From positions 118,162,621 to 118,226,620 of the forward strand of contig OX597823.1 in assembly GCA_951406725.2 (NCBI GenBank): a stretch of 64,000 nt of DNA. The letters are read 5' to 3'. The notes under the pieces were generated by a model. The model did no database searches. It had not been told where the DNA came from and worked only from the letters and a program-made list of their open reading frames with translations. The stretch's first letter is position 1; each line of letters opens with the position of its first letter. Shown piece after piece: positions 27,213-39,883 of this stretch. The position numbers and the translations under genes are program-made. This DNA comes from Octopus vulgaris. Lineage: Eukaryota.

Positions 27213-29189
27213 AATTATTATTATTGTTATTGTTAATATCTAGAAAAAATAAGTGAGAGTAGTTGGTGACGATGTAAAGAGAAAAGCTGAAGGAAGTCTG
27301 TTGTGACGGAGGGCCGCTCGGTTTTCATTTTATTTAGTGGCAAAATGTATAAAAAGTTTGGAGTTGAGGTTCATAATTAAGATGTTGGTTAAAACGAAAG
27401 ATTATCTTTCGTTTCTAGTAGACCTTTCCGTCGATTTCCGTAAAAAACTTTTATTTTTTTTTTACATATGGGTTTGCGGGAACTTTTGAAGTAATGAGAG
27501 CGAAAGAGACTAAGAGAAAGCGATTGTATGAGGAGGGAATTTCTTTTTGAAGTTACCGCGAATGGGAAGCTTTGATGTACATGTGTATGTGTGTGTGTGT
27601 GTTTGATGGGGTGTGCGAGACAGAAAGTATGTTGTGTAAGTGAAGTGCTTCTGTTAGTGTGTGTGAAGAGACAGAGAGATAACTGAAATTTTTTACTCGG
27701 TGTATGTGTATATGTATGTATGCATGTATGTGTGTGTGTATGTATCTGTGTGTGTGTGTATGTATCTATCTATGTATGTGTGTGTGTGTGTGTATGTATG
27801 TATGGCCGATTCAGTGTTTACATTATTTCGAGTTAAAACGAGAGATTACCTTTGCCTGTTTATGTAACGGTCTGCTATGTAGAAAACAATGAGGTTGACT
27901 CAATGGAATAATGACAGTAATCGAAGATATAGACACATTTTTTTTATTTAATCGTTATACATGCCTTGTCGACTGCTATTGTGCAGCCTTAATGTCTCTG
28001 TTGATGTGACGATGGTGAAATGGTAAGAAAAAGACGGGAGAGTTATAAAATGAGGAGGAGATATTCTTCTCATGAGAAAAGAGTTGCATGCAAAGGAAAA
28101 AAAAGTTAAGTCTATAGATGTGCACAGAAACTGGGTGCAAGCATGCATATATATGCATGTAACATGAGACATGTAAAAGTTTCCATTTGCATAATACTTG
28201 GCTGCTTGTCACTTCAAATAAAGAGTATTGAACTGATATTAAAGCCAAAATTTTCCTTTCGCTACTATTAGGAAGTTTTTCATTTTTACTTTCAGAGTTA
28301 AAAAATGAATGATTACACTTATTTGTTTACATGCGAACTTTTGTTTATTTTATATCCTTCTATATGTTGGATATGCAAATTTCACGAAGCGGGGATAGAC
28401 ACAACTGTCTTCACACAACCCACTTCAGATTACTCTACTAAACACAATACTTCTAATAAATATAAACTCTGAACAATGTCAACAACTTCCATGAACTCCC
28501 AATGACTCTCTTTGTCTCAACCAATATGCTAATTTTTTTATAAGAGTTTTGCTAGTCCATTCTTCCAATCCCATAGGGGTGCCAATGACTCTCACTACAA
28601 CAGTTTATACATGTAGACTTTTCTTTATACATGTAGATTTTACCAAGCAAGTAGCCCATGCGAAGCTTCACCTATATGTAAGTACATAATTTTTTTGTTA
28701 AATTAAGTTTTCTGTTAGTTAACCATAGCTGTTTGTAAATTGAACAACTGTTTCTCTGTGTATATTGAACAATTTCCATAAGACATATATGTTTGCAAAT
28801 TTAAAATATGTTTGTTTCCCAATGCCATGGTTTAGGGTCTAGTTCTACTGTGTGGCATTTTGGGCAAGAGTCTTCGACTATAGGTAGGGACCAACAAATG
28901 CATTTTTAGTGAAAGTGGTTGATGGGAACTATATGAAGCTTATTGCATGTGTGTGTATACACCATATCAATTATGTGATGCATGTTATAGGTAACTGTTG
29001 ACAAAAAGTGCAAAATACTCATTGAAAAATCAAAATAATTTAGAGTAATGTCAAGAAGGGATGTGGAATGGATAGTGAAAGGTCTGGCTTGGAAGGTGTC
29101 CCACAGTATTGCTGCCTGGGCCTATGTGTCATCTTGCTACTGCAAGAGAGTACAGACCATTGAATGTTTGTGAAATATTGGCATCTAAG

Positions 29190-29470
29190 ATTATGAACTC
29201 TTTGGATTTACTGATTACCTTGATGTCAGTGAGATTGCCATTGTCAAACAAGAGATTTGTTACCTTAGTAAGTGTCTACCCTCCAACCATGTGTTCCTCT
29301 GAAGAGAAAAAAAGGACTAATATTTTATCTTTCATGAAAAAAGCTTCTGTGCAGTATTCTTTCTGCTTATAAAATCTTCATACTTGGTGATTTCAGAGAT
29401 AAAAAAAATTGGGATATAATTGGGAAACATGAAGCCAGAAAATGCAATAGTAATGGCTTGTTTAGTACTG
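29190..29470 (+). pseudogene. Degenerate RTE APE endonuclease fragment
   Basis: LMSVRLPLSNKRFVTLVSVYPPT...EEK followed by ILGDF- and CNSNG-like remnants. Confidence 0.7.
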
Positions 29471-29959
29471 CAAATGTGTTCGATTTTTGCATATACTGGG
29501 TAACTGTCAATCTCCTAGTGTGGAGCATGCTGTATTTGAGCACCAAATATGTGGGAGTATTTATGTGATCAAGATGAAAGGCAATTAGGTCTCATTAATT
29601 TCTGTTTGGTGAGTTGGCCCTGAGGAAAAATCTAGGGAACAAATTGAAATTAAGGCATGAATGCATTAGAGACACTTAGAGGATCTAGATCAAATTAGAG
29701 ACAGTGAAAACATCACTAAGTTTTTGATGGAAAAAATTGTTTCATGTTGGAATGAGTGAATTTGAATGAATGTCAATAAAATCTTAGTGTGCATGAAAAG
29801 CTTGAGAGAGATTTTTGAAAAGGTCTTAATATTAATGTTTCCATTGTGTTTTGCTTCAAAAACTACATAGACATGACAGAATTAAATAGACATCCTTATA
29901 ATTGTTAAAATTTATTTAAATTATTTATTAATTATTATAATGTGAATATCTAATATTTA

Positions 29960-30940
29960 GTAGACAGGCTCCTTGCATTTTTGAATGCAAGGACCCTAGC
30001 AGGCATGCTACTGATCTGATGAATATTCTCTTCATGATTTTCTTGCCAAGTTTCTTGCAGTAATATCAAAAGATCTGGCTTTAAGGATGCTTTCTTTTTA
30101 GGAAGTATCCCATCCATCATGCCTCAGATATGTTCAGTAGGGTTCATATCTGGTGATTGGTTTAGCTATGGAAGCTTTTTAATGCCATTCTCTTCCAACC
30201 AATCCTGGGTCTTTTAGTTGTGCAAGAAAGCCCTATCTTCCATAAATAGTGTTATTTAATCATTTTACTCCTGGAGGTTATAGGAAGAAGATTTTTCTAT
30301 AATATGGACACATATTTATCTGAGTTTATGTATCCCTCACATTCCACCATTTCTGATTGACTATTGCTCCAAACTACTCTCTAGACCATCACATGTTTCA
30401 TTGTTGGCTGCAATATATTCACGTGAAAATATTGGTGACTGATTCTCCAGACCCACATTCGACCAGTGTCAGAAAATACAGCAAATCTGGATTCATCAGA
30501 GAATTTGACTGTGTCCCAAAGTGCTAGTGACCTCTCTACCATTTCACTTGTCCAATCTTTTCTCCATTTGATATTGGCTGGTCGAAGCAGTGTCTTCTTT
30601 CTTGCTGCTCTGCCATAATAGCCAATTTTGCGGAGATAACTGACAGCTATTCTGGGACTGACATCAACTTATTCTGCTATATTGGAGGCCTTGCAATGAG
30701 GATTATCTTACACACTTCTCTTAAGAAAGCAAAGTGTTGTCAGAGGGCCTTAGTCTACCTGGGTAAGGTGATATGGACTACTTTCCCGTTTAGTGAATTG
30801 AAAAATTACTCTATTTACTGTAGAAAGTAGAATCACAATGTTTTCTGTGGTTTTAGGCTAAGTCAGCCTTGAAATAGGTGCAGCATATGGCCTCTTTGTA
30901 AATTGGACATTTTTAAGGCTTCTTTTGTACATGGCATGAT
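29960..30940 (-). mobile_element. Degenerate Tc1/mariner transposase relic
   Basis: Minus strand reads WDTVKFSDESRFA (~30480-30518) and QSPDMNPTEHI (~30128-30160), Tc1 DDE-domain motifs. Confidence 0.8.
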
Positions 30941-32723
30941 TAAACAGTTACATATAGAACCTGAAACATATAAATGTCAATTAATAAAAAAAATATAAAC
31001 CTCTTCAAGTTATAATAACCATAAAACAATGTGTTAATGGGTATCTATTTACTTTTGTCATGTTTGTGTACAAATGTATCATTTGTTACAACTGCACTTT
31101 GAAAGAAAAAGAAAACCTTTAGTAGAAAATTAGCATTAGCTACGACAACGTTACCCAACTATTAAATCTTATATTTTTCAAACTCATGCTAGGATGGAAA
31201 AATGAACGTAGGTATGAGACTTATTTTTACACATGTATTGATGCATATAAAACATGAAATTATGTTGTCTACATACTTAAATATTTGCAATTAATTCATT
31301 GTAAGAACATAGAATTTCGACAGGTTTTCTTGAGTTGTTGCTCATCTACAATAATCTGATAAATTTGAGGTTATTGTTGGTTGCATAAGATTGTCATTGA
31401 ATTTTCTCTAGACAGAAGTATCTAATCATTTTATCCATACTAGCATGGGTTGTGTGTATCATGTTGATATCTGTTTCAGTTTAATTCCCTCTGCAATAGT
31501 TTCTTTTTTTGTGTTTATGCAATATGGTACTTTCATAAAATACAGTTGTCTCTTGCCTTACACAGTATTCTGTTTCTTACTTTCACTTTAGCACAATTTT
31601 GCTCATTTTCCTCTATTTGTTTCTTTTTGTTTTTGTTTTTACAAATATAGAAGTAGTACCTGCTTCAGTTTCTCATAATATTTTGTTAAATATTTTTGAA
31701 TTTGAAATATTAAAATTGATTTCACTGGAAATGAAAATTCAATGTATAAAATTAACTTTAAACTAGATGTTCAGCATTAAATGCAAAAGTTTTACAAAAA
31801 GAATTGTCATCATCATCATCATCATTTAATGTCCATTATCTATGCTGGCATGTGTTGGACAGTTTCATCAGGGCTGGTAAGCTGAGGATCTGCAGCAGAC
31901 TCCAGTCTGATTTGTCATTGTTTGTATGGCTGGATGTTCTTCTTAACATCAAGCACTCCATAAGTGTTGTGGGCAGGGGTTGTGAAAAAAATTAATTGAT
32001 GGGAAATTAATTACAATATATTGTCTTCTAAGGCACGGCATGTCATGAAAGGTGTCGGTCATTAGTCATTGCCTTTATAAGTTTCAACAGTCAAAGATCA
32101 TGCATTACCACCTTGTCCAATGCCTTCTTATGTCTACTTCTTCTGCCATGTAGCATAGTTGTCTGCACAGGTATAATAAATATGGCTTTCACTCTGAAGG
32201 AGAGAACCTTAGTTACCAAACAGAGGAAGGAGCTCTCTGAATTTGCTCAGCCTATTTTTATTCTTGCAGCCACACTCTTGGTTCATCCACCTCTGCTACT
32301 GACTTTGTTGCTCAACAATCTTTATCGTACTCCTCTGGTATTTGATGAAGCCCATTTTCTGTACACTTTTAGTGTTTACTGTACATGTGCACCTTCCACA
32401 TGCAAAAAATATTTTCCCAGTTTACCTTCCTCTGATATTGCTACACCTATTATGTGTTATACAGAGTACATCTACCTACCTGTTTCCTTCATATTGAGGA
32501 TGGCCATGTACCTGAAGGGCTTTACGATTTATCTGTTTTCCTACTTACTAAGACTTTGGGTTATGGTTGGGTAGGTTAATTCTGTGACCTTTCAATTCTA
32601 GACCTTGCTTCCGTACGCACAATTTGTTCTCTAGTTCTGGTAGTGATTTAGCTATAAGAAGAAGCTCATTAGTAAATAAGTGTGAAAACTCTTTGCTTTC
32701 ACAAACACTTTATGTACACTGAT

Positions 32724-34618
32724 TGAAGCAATGAAAAAAAATGTCCTCGGTATACATGAAACGTGAAGGAAAATATTTGGATAATGAAACGAATAATGTA
32801 TGGCTAATTGAATGTAATGTAATAAATGATAATATATGAGTGTTCAGTTGTCATCCTCTATGCCCTCCCCAATTCCTTTGAGAGAAGCAAAGAAGACTAA
32901 TAATATGTATTAAATGATTAACGAAAATAATAATTAGTGCAAGAGACCCTTAATCAATATTGACGGTGTGACGATCAAGGAGCAACGTGTCAGTTGTGCA
33001 TCAGGCTTTTGTGTCAGTCTTTGCGAGTCTGGCAGAGCGACAAACAGGACAATTGCTGGATGGAGGCTAAACTGCATCAGGCAAGTTTCACTTTTGGAAA
33101 GCAGGGGTTTCAAGGGGTGTTGGGGTATGACCACTTGTGGTAAAGGTGGGGTAAGTTGGCGTGGCTCTGTGGGTAGGCGGTGAGATGCATTTCTGGTCAT
33201 GGTAATTTTGGAGTCGGGAAGTGGGCATTGGTGTTGCAGCTGCATGAGGTGCTGTTAAAGTCGGTTGAGAAGGTAGTCTCATCACTGGTGTTGGCGTAGG
33301 GAACGCATGTGGTCCAGACACCATGAGCAGTGGGCCATGGGGAAGAAGCAGTAGATACTTCCAGAGGAATTTTGTTGCACAGTGTGACTCAGCCTGATCC
33401 ATCCACTCTCAACATGTACAGATCGAAATGACGTACATCTAAATGGCACCAGTTTTCCCCCCATTTGTAGGATTGGGTCAAACTTGGCTCTGGATTAGGA
33501 CATAGTTCGAAAGAAGTGAGCATGTGTGTTTTGACAACCGTTCAGTAGCACTCATGTTGTGTTTACGCAGGTCTTCTTTTCAATAAGTCATAGTTTCATG
33601 CCATGTGGAATGTAGCTTGTACTTGCCGGGATGGATGGGAATAAAGTATTGTATAGGGCTGCCAAAGATGCACATGGCTGGGGACAAGTGTGTGTCCCGG
33701 TCAGGTGTATTTCTTTATTGTAGCATTGTGCACTGGAAACTGTCAGTGTTAAGGAAGCCATTGGTGTCAGTGTTGTCTGTAACGAGGCCCTTTATTGTCT
33801 CAATACCGACTTTGGCACGGCAGTTGTCATGGGGAAATGCAATGGCGGTGATTCTCCCCAATTGTGGAAGAAGGTACAATGTCAGCTCATAGCTGATAGG
33901 GCAGTGTTAAGTGCATGTGCGCCATTCGATGCTCCTTTAAGATGGTTTTCCAGACCTGTTAGGACATACCACCATTGTCTGTCACCAAGTGACAGATGTA
34001 CCAATGGGAATAGGCTTGATAACTCCAAGTGGAACATTCCGGTCGAGACCTGCTTTTACTTCCTCTTGCCAATGAACCAGGACTGGTATGGGGGTATGGT
34101 GGGCGACTGGTTTAGCATTAAGCGGATCGGTTGGTCAGACATCTTGGAGAATTGCCAATGGTTGCAGACGTTGAATGTGCTGGAGCTGTAGTATTGTAGC
34201 AGCTACTTCCTCAGGCGAAAACGTTTTTCCTCTGTGGCTGGGAATGGTAGTGTAGTTGGAGGAGGGGGTTGTATTTGTTGTAGGTGGCAGGTGCATACAT
34301 TCTGTGTCATTGTTGCAGATGATCGAGGAGGCTTGTCAGTACTCTCTCCCATGGATTGTTTACAGGCCAATTCATGGCACAATCAGGTGCAGGATAGGGT
34401 ACGTTGGTCATACTGATTCGCTTTTTGTCATAAATAAGTCTGACAACTGTTTGCTTTCACCAATATTTTACGCAGTCTGAAGCAATGAGTAAAGGGTCTT
34501 CAGTATACCTGAAATGTGAAGGGAAAGATGATTGTTTATAAAATGAATAATATATGGCGAATTGAATGTAATGTAATAAATTGTAATATATGTGTGTTTA
34601 GTTGTAATCCTGTAATCA
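32724..34618 (-). mobile_element. Internally deleted, degenerate Gypsy-type LTR element between ~135-bp diverged direct repeats
   Basis: Repeats 'tgaagcaatg...aattgaatgtaatgtaataaat...agttgt' at ~32724-32855 and 34478-34618; minus strand gives LGVIKPIPIG.SVTW (RT start) and RNTPDRDTHLSPAMCIFG (integrase end). Confidence 0.7.
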
Positions 34619-34689
34619 GCATAGAGGAGTTGCTAGGGTCTGCCTGTTTTATATTCATCTGTTATTACCTGAATGATTATGATACCAAC

Positions 34690-34865
34690 AAAAGTCAAGT
34701 ACATAGGTTTATATTTGGTCAGGTACTTCTCCTGGGGTTTCTTACCAGAAATATATCATGACTGGTGTTTCTTCCTGATACAAAACCAAATTGCATCTCA
34801 TCTAGATTAAGTCTTTTCCTAACTAGTTGGGCTATGATCCTCTCCGTGATTTTCATCATCTGAAG
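34690..34865 (-). pseudogene. Short RTE-type RT fragment
   Basis: Minus strand MKITERIIAQLVRKRLNLDEMQFGFV. Confidence 0.65.
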
Positions 34866-35699
34866 AAATTAGTGCCAGTGCAAGCACTTTATTTTTAAAG
34901 CATACATCAAGCATATGTTAACATATTAGCAATGAGAAAGCGCTCTAATCGATGTCTACCTATATACATACATATATGCAGGGTGGCCATGTAGTTTCTC
35001 TTCAGCGACACATCTCTGCCTGTCTCTCTATCATACTACAGGTTAGGATGAAGCCACCTCTCTCACTACTAGCAGTCCACTCATCCTTGAAATTTACTTT
35101 TTAATTTTACTAGTGTCGGTGTTACCAAAACTTTTCTCAGACATAGAAACCATGTGAAAACAGACATTAGATGTACGTGTAGTAATTCATCTCAGATAGT
35201 GTGAAATAGTCCAACCCATGACAACATGAAAAACGAATGTTAAATGATGATGACACACATACACGTTAATTGTATTTCTTATATTAATTTCAATAATTAA
35301 TTTGTTTCTATTTATAAATAAAAACAATTGATTTCGCATGAGAATGATTAGTTTGATGACTTGTGGAAGCAATGTACTGTGTAAATGTAAGGACAACTGT
35401 ATTTATTAAACAAGTGTATTTCATGATTCGACACATAGATAAAATTTGACTTTCAAGTGTTGGTTGATATTTTGCTTGTTGTTTGCATATCATGCCTTGT
35501 ATTATAGATCCCAAATGGCCAAAGGTAAGTGGTTTTTCTTATTTTGGTGTGGGTTTGCTGTTAGGATTGTTTTTCAGAGTTTAGTCTATATTAGGGTCAG
35601 CTTGAGGATTTGTGAAGGGTTTTTAGAGAGAATAGTCAAGTAAGAGATCAAAGTTTGAACTAGGGGTTAGGATTTGGGGTGATGAGGAGGGTAGAGATT

Positions 35700-36230
35700 G
35701 AACAGGTTTATTTATAGTGTTGATGACTGTTTTATATCGGGTTTAGCATTGAAAAGCAGGGATGAGCTGGGTGCTTAGATAAGATGCGGATGTCAAGTTG
35801 ACCCAAGTTATCTCCATGGTGGTCTTTGGCATGTTGGTAGAGTATAGAAGACTGTTTTCTGTCGTCAAGTTGTCTTAGATGTTCATTTATCCGTTCCGCA
35901 ATGCTCTTAGACATCTCCTCTATGTACATCATGTTCATGTCCTTACAAGCACCTTCTATGCATCTTATATTGTCAACTACACTTCGAGTTCTACAGTTAA
36001 TACCAGGGCTAATTCTACATGTCATGCAGTTATCAATTGTGCATATGGTATTCTTAAACGGGCATGTCCTTCATAATTGTGACCTGATGGAGTTCTTTGG
36101 CTTTTCAACAATTTTAATGTTGAGTTTGGTCTCTTTCAGAGCTTTTCTAAATCTAAGGGCTAGTTCTCCATGGGCTGTGGTCTCTACTAATATCACTCCT
36201 TGAATTTTTACTGGTGAGTGTGTATTTAAT
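35700..36230 (-). mobile_element. Penelope-like element relic (GIY-YIG endonuclease region)
   Basis: CRTRSVVDNIRC...C....MYIEEMSKSIAERINEHLR...SILYQHAKDHH fits a decayed VVY/YIG-R-EH-H pattern of Penelope endonucleases. Confidence 0.75.
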
Positions 36231-36299
36231 AATAAGGCACTAAAAGAGAAAGACTCTCCCCAGACACAACAGAATATACACTGTTTTTGCTAATTACTC

Positions 36300-36690
36300 T
36301 TTCACTCACTTTTGCTACTTTCAGTTATTTGACTGCGGCCATGTTGGAGCACCGCCTTCAGTCATACAAATAGAGCCCAGGACCTATTCTCTTTTGCTGA
36401 ACCGTTCAGTTACGGGTGCGTGAAAACAGCAGCATCGTTTGTCAAGCGATGTTCGATGGATAAAGAGGCATACAAACGTATATGTATGTATATATATATG
36501 TATATATATATATACACACATACGATGGGCTTCTTTTAGTTTCCGTCTACAAAATCTATTCACAAGGCTTTGGTCACCCCGAGGCTATAGTTGAAGACAC
36601 TTGTCCAAGGTTCCATGCAGTGGGACTGAACCCAGAACACTGCGGTTCGTAAGCAAGCTACTTATCACAAAGCCGCTCCTACGCCTAGCA
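36300..36690 (-). mobile_element. tRNA-derived SINE, same family as 26229-26611
   Basis: Reverse-complement match including 'gcagtgggactgaaccc' and 'ggagcaccgcctt'. Confidence 0.8.
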
Positions 36691-36731
<41 letters not shown>

Positions 36732-36828
36732 ATCTACTTATAAAACTGAAATGCGAAAAGTTTGTTTGTTTGTTTGTCTCGAACGGTTTAAAGGCCACTA
36801 CATCCCGTCGGATTGACTCCCAAATTTA

Positions 36829-37379
36829 CGGTTCGTGAGCAATCATTCTCACAGAAATGCGCGCACAACCAGACACAGAATGTCACGGTTCAAAGGTCAA
36901 CATGTTTAAAACATAAATAGCTACGAGTTTGCGTATATGCATGTATCTATGTGCATGTGTGCGAACGTGTGTTTTCAGAATGTCACAGTTTTAAGGTCAA
37001 CATATTTAAAACATAAATAGGTACGAGATTGCGTCTTTGCATGTATCTATATTCGTGAGTGCGGACTTGTGGGTGTTTGTGCGTGTGTGAGCACAGTCCA
37101 CCTATACGCAAGGTGGTTGCATTGTCTTATGGGAACCAGCCGTGAAAGTTCCGGACCCCATTAATGAACTCATTTGCATACAAACAATTAGGGCTCACCT
37201 TGAACTTGTCCGGTTAACAAACAGTAGTGTCTGAATGGGAATTAGCTTGCTTACCTAACAAATGTTTCCGAGTTCAGTCCCACTGGTTGGCATGTTGGGC
37301 AAATGTCTTCTACTATAGTCTCGGGCCGACCCAAGCCTTGTGAGTGGATTTGGGAGACGGAAACTAAAAGAAGACTGTC

Positions 37380-37422
<43 letters not shown>

Positions 37423-37594
37423 GCAGTAAGAGTGGCTGTGGTATGTAGCTTGCTTTCCAAACACGGTGATTCTGGTTCAGTCCAACTACGTGGCCCCATG
37501 GGCAAGTGTCTTCCAATATAGCCTCGGACAGACCAACGTTTCTGAGTAGATTTGGTACACGGAAACAGAAAGTAGCCCGTGGTATATAGATAGT

Positions 37595-37638
<44 letters not shown>

Positions 37639-37641
37639 TAG

Positions 37642-37696
<55 letters not shown>

Positions 37697-38998
37697 GGTA
37701 TATATTGACAGATATATGTATATACATATAGATATTTAAACATATAAGGGATGGCCATAATGGGACATCCGACTCGCTAGAGAGAGCAGTTAAACTCCAA
37801 AAAAGCGTAAAAGTGCATGTCTTGTCTGAATAATATTTTCGAGAGTTATTTCCCTCTGCACATTATAATTTGATAAAAGTAATATAATTATATGTAAGGA
37901 AAGTAACTCTGAGAGATGTTATCTAGTGATCTCCCTTCCGAGAGAATTATAATATTCAAGGGAAGTAACTGTAGAAGATACTGTGTAGTTATCTCCCTTA
38001 AGTATGTAGTTATCGTAATATACACTTTGTCGCTCTTAGACTCTTTCAGTAAGACTCTTTCAGTTATTTCACTGTGACCATGGGAGCACCGCCTTTAGTC
38101 AAGCAAATCAACCACATGAATTATTCTTTGTATGCCCATTACTTAATGTATAGGTCTCTTTTGCAGAACCGATAAGTTACGGGGACGTAATGTTCGATGT
38201 ACTGATTTAGTAGGTATTTATTTATTGTAAGAACTTCAATTATCATAAATTATGGGCTATGAAAGATACTAGAAACTTTTTTGATAGACCTATTGGGGCT
38301 CCTTGTGTGTGTGGGACTGTTTTTATTTATGTGAGTATGGGTATTTTCATTTCAGTCTTTGTGTTTGTGTGAACGTTTTTATTTCTGTGTGTACGTGTGT
38401 GTGAGCGACTGTGTGATTATTCGTTTGTGTGTGTGCGACAATTACAGCTACAACAAACACTTTAAGCATCTCTAAGATACCCACATTTGCAGATCACTAA
38501 CTGCTAAATGAAAAGAAGTTCAATTTATTGCGACTTCAGATTTGCGATTGTTAAGCACCCAATGCTCCCTGTATCTACATACTTGGATCGGCCATAATTG
38601 GCTTCATTCGGAGATCTCTCGGGTGTGGAATATTTATGACTATAGAAGTGAACTTGTTACAGGTTTTGTTTATGGCTTAACTTATTTAGATTTTGGGAAG
38701 TTCATAGATGTTACTGGCTTTGCAGTGAAATCTAGTCAAGCAATTTGTCTCCTTTTTTGTTAAATCGTTTTGGAAATGGTGGATAAGAGTAGACAGTTTA
38801 GTTATTCTTAGCGGTTCGGCAAAAGAGAATAAGTTAGAATAAATACTAGGTTTACAAAGAATATGTGCTGCGGACGATGTGCTCGACTAAAGGCGGCGCT
38901 CCAGTTGTTTCCCTTTCATTGAGAAACCTTGCATCTGTATGTCCGATGGTTCGTGCGTGCATGGTCGTGTGCCATTCGAGTGCGAACACAGACAGACA

Positions 38999-39056
<58 letters not shown>

Positions 39057-39820
39057 AACATATATACGACGGGATTCTTTCAGTTTCCTTTCACCAAATC
39101 CAATCACAAGGATTTGGTCGACCCGGGGCTACTGTAGAAGACAATTGGACAAGATGAGAGGCAGTGGGAATGAAACTGAAACCATGTGGTTCGTAAGCAA
39201 ACTACTTACCACATAGCCATTCGTGCGCCGATTTTCATATATACGACGGGCTTCTTTCAGTTTCCCTCTACCAACCCTACTCAGAATACTTTGGTCGATA
39301 TTTTGGTCGGCCCGGGGGTATAGTTGAATACACTTGCCGAAGGTGCCACGCTGTTGGATTTAATCCAGCACATTGAGGTTGGTAAGCAAACACTCTCACA
39401 CACAATCGCGCGCGCAAATAGACACAGAGATGAAAGCACACATATTTGCTGACCCACACGCTCATGCAATTTCTTGGGAGTGTCACGGTTTTAAGGTCAA
39501 CATATTTAAAACATGAAATAGCTTTGCATGTATCTATGTGCATGAGTGCGGAAGTGTGGGTTTTTGTGCGTGTGTGAGCACAGTCCACACATACCCAAGG
39601 TGGTCGCATCGGCTAATGTGACCCAACCGCGAAAGTCTGTTTCACCCAGACATACACATACAGATATACGTGTATATACCCACGCATGTATATGTAGTGT
39701 CTAAAACAAAAAAGAAACTGTAAGGGATGGAACGGGAGTTCTTTCCGTTTTATTAAGAAAACTTGCATCTGTATGTGTGATAGTACGTGCGTGTATTCTC
39801 GTGTGCCCTTCGAGTGCGAA

Positions 39821-39883
<63 letters not shown>

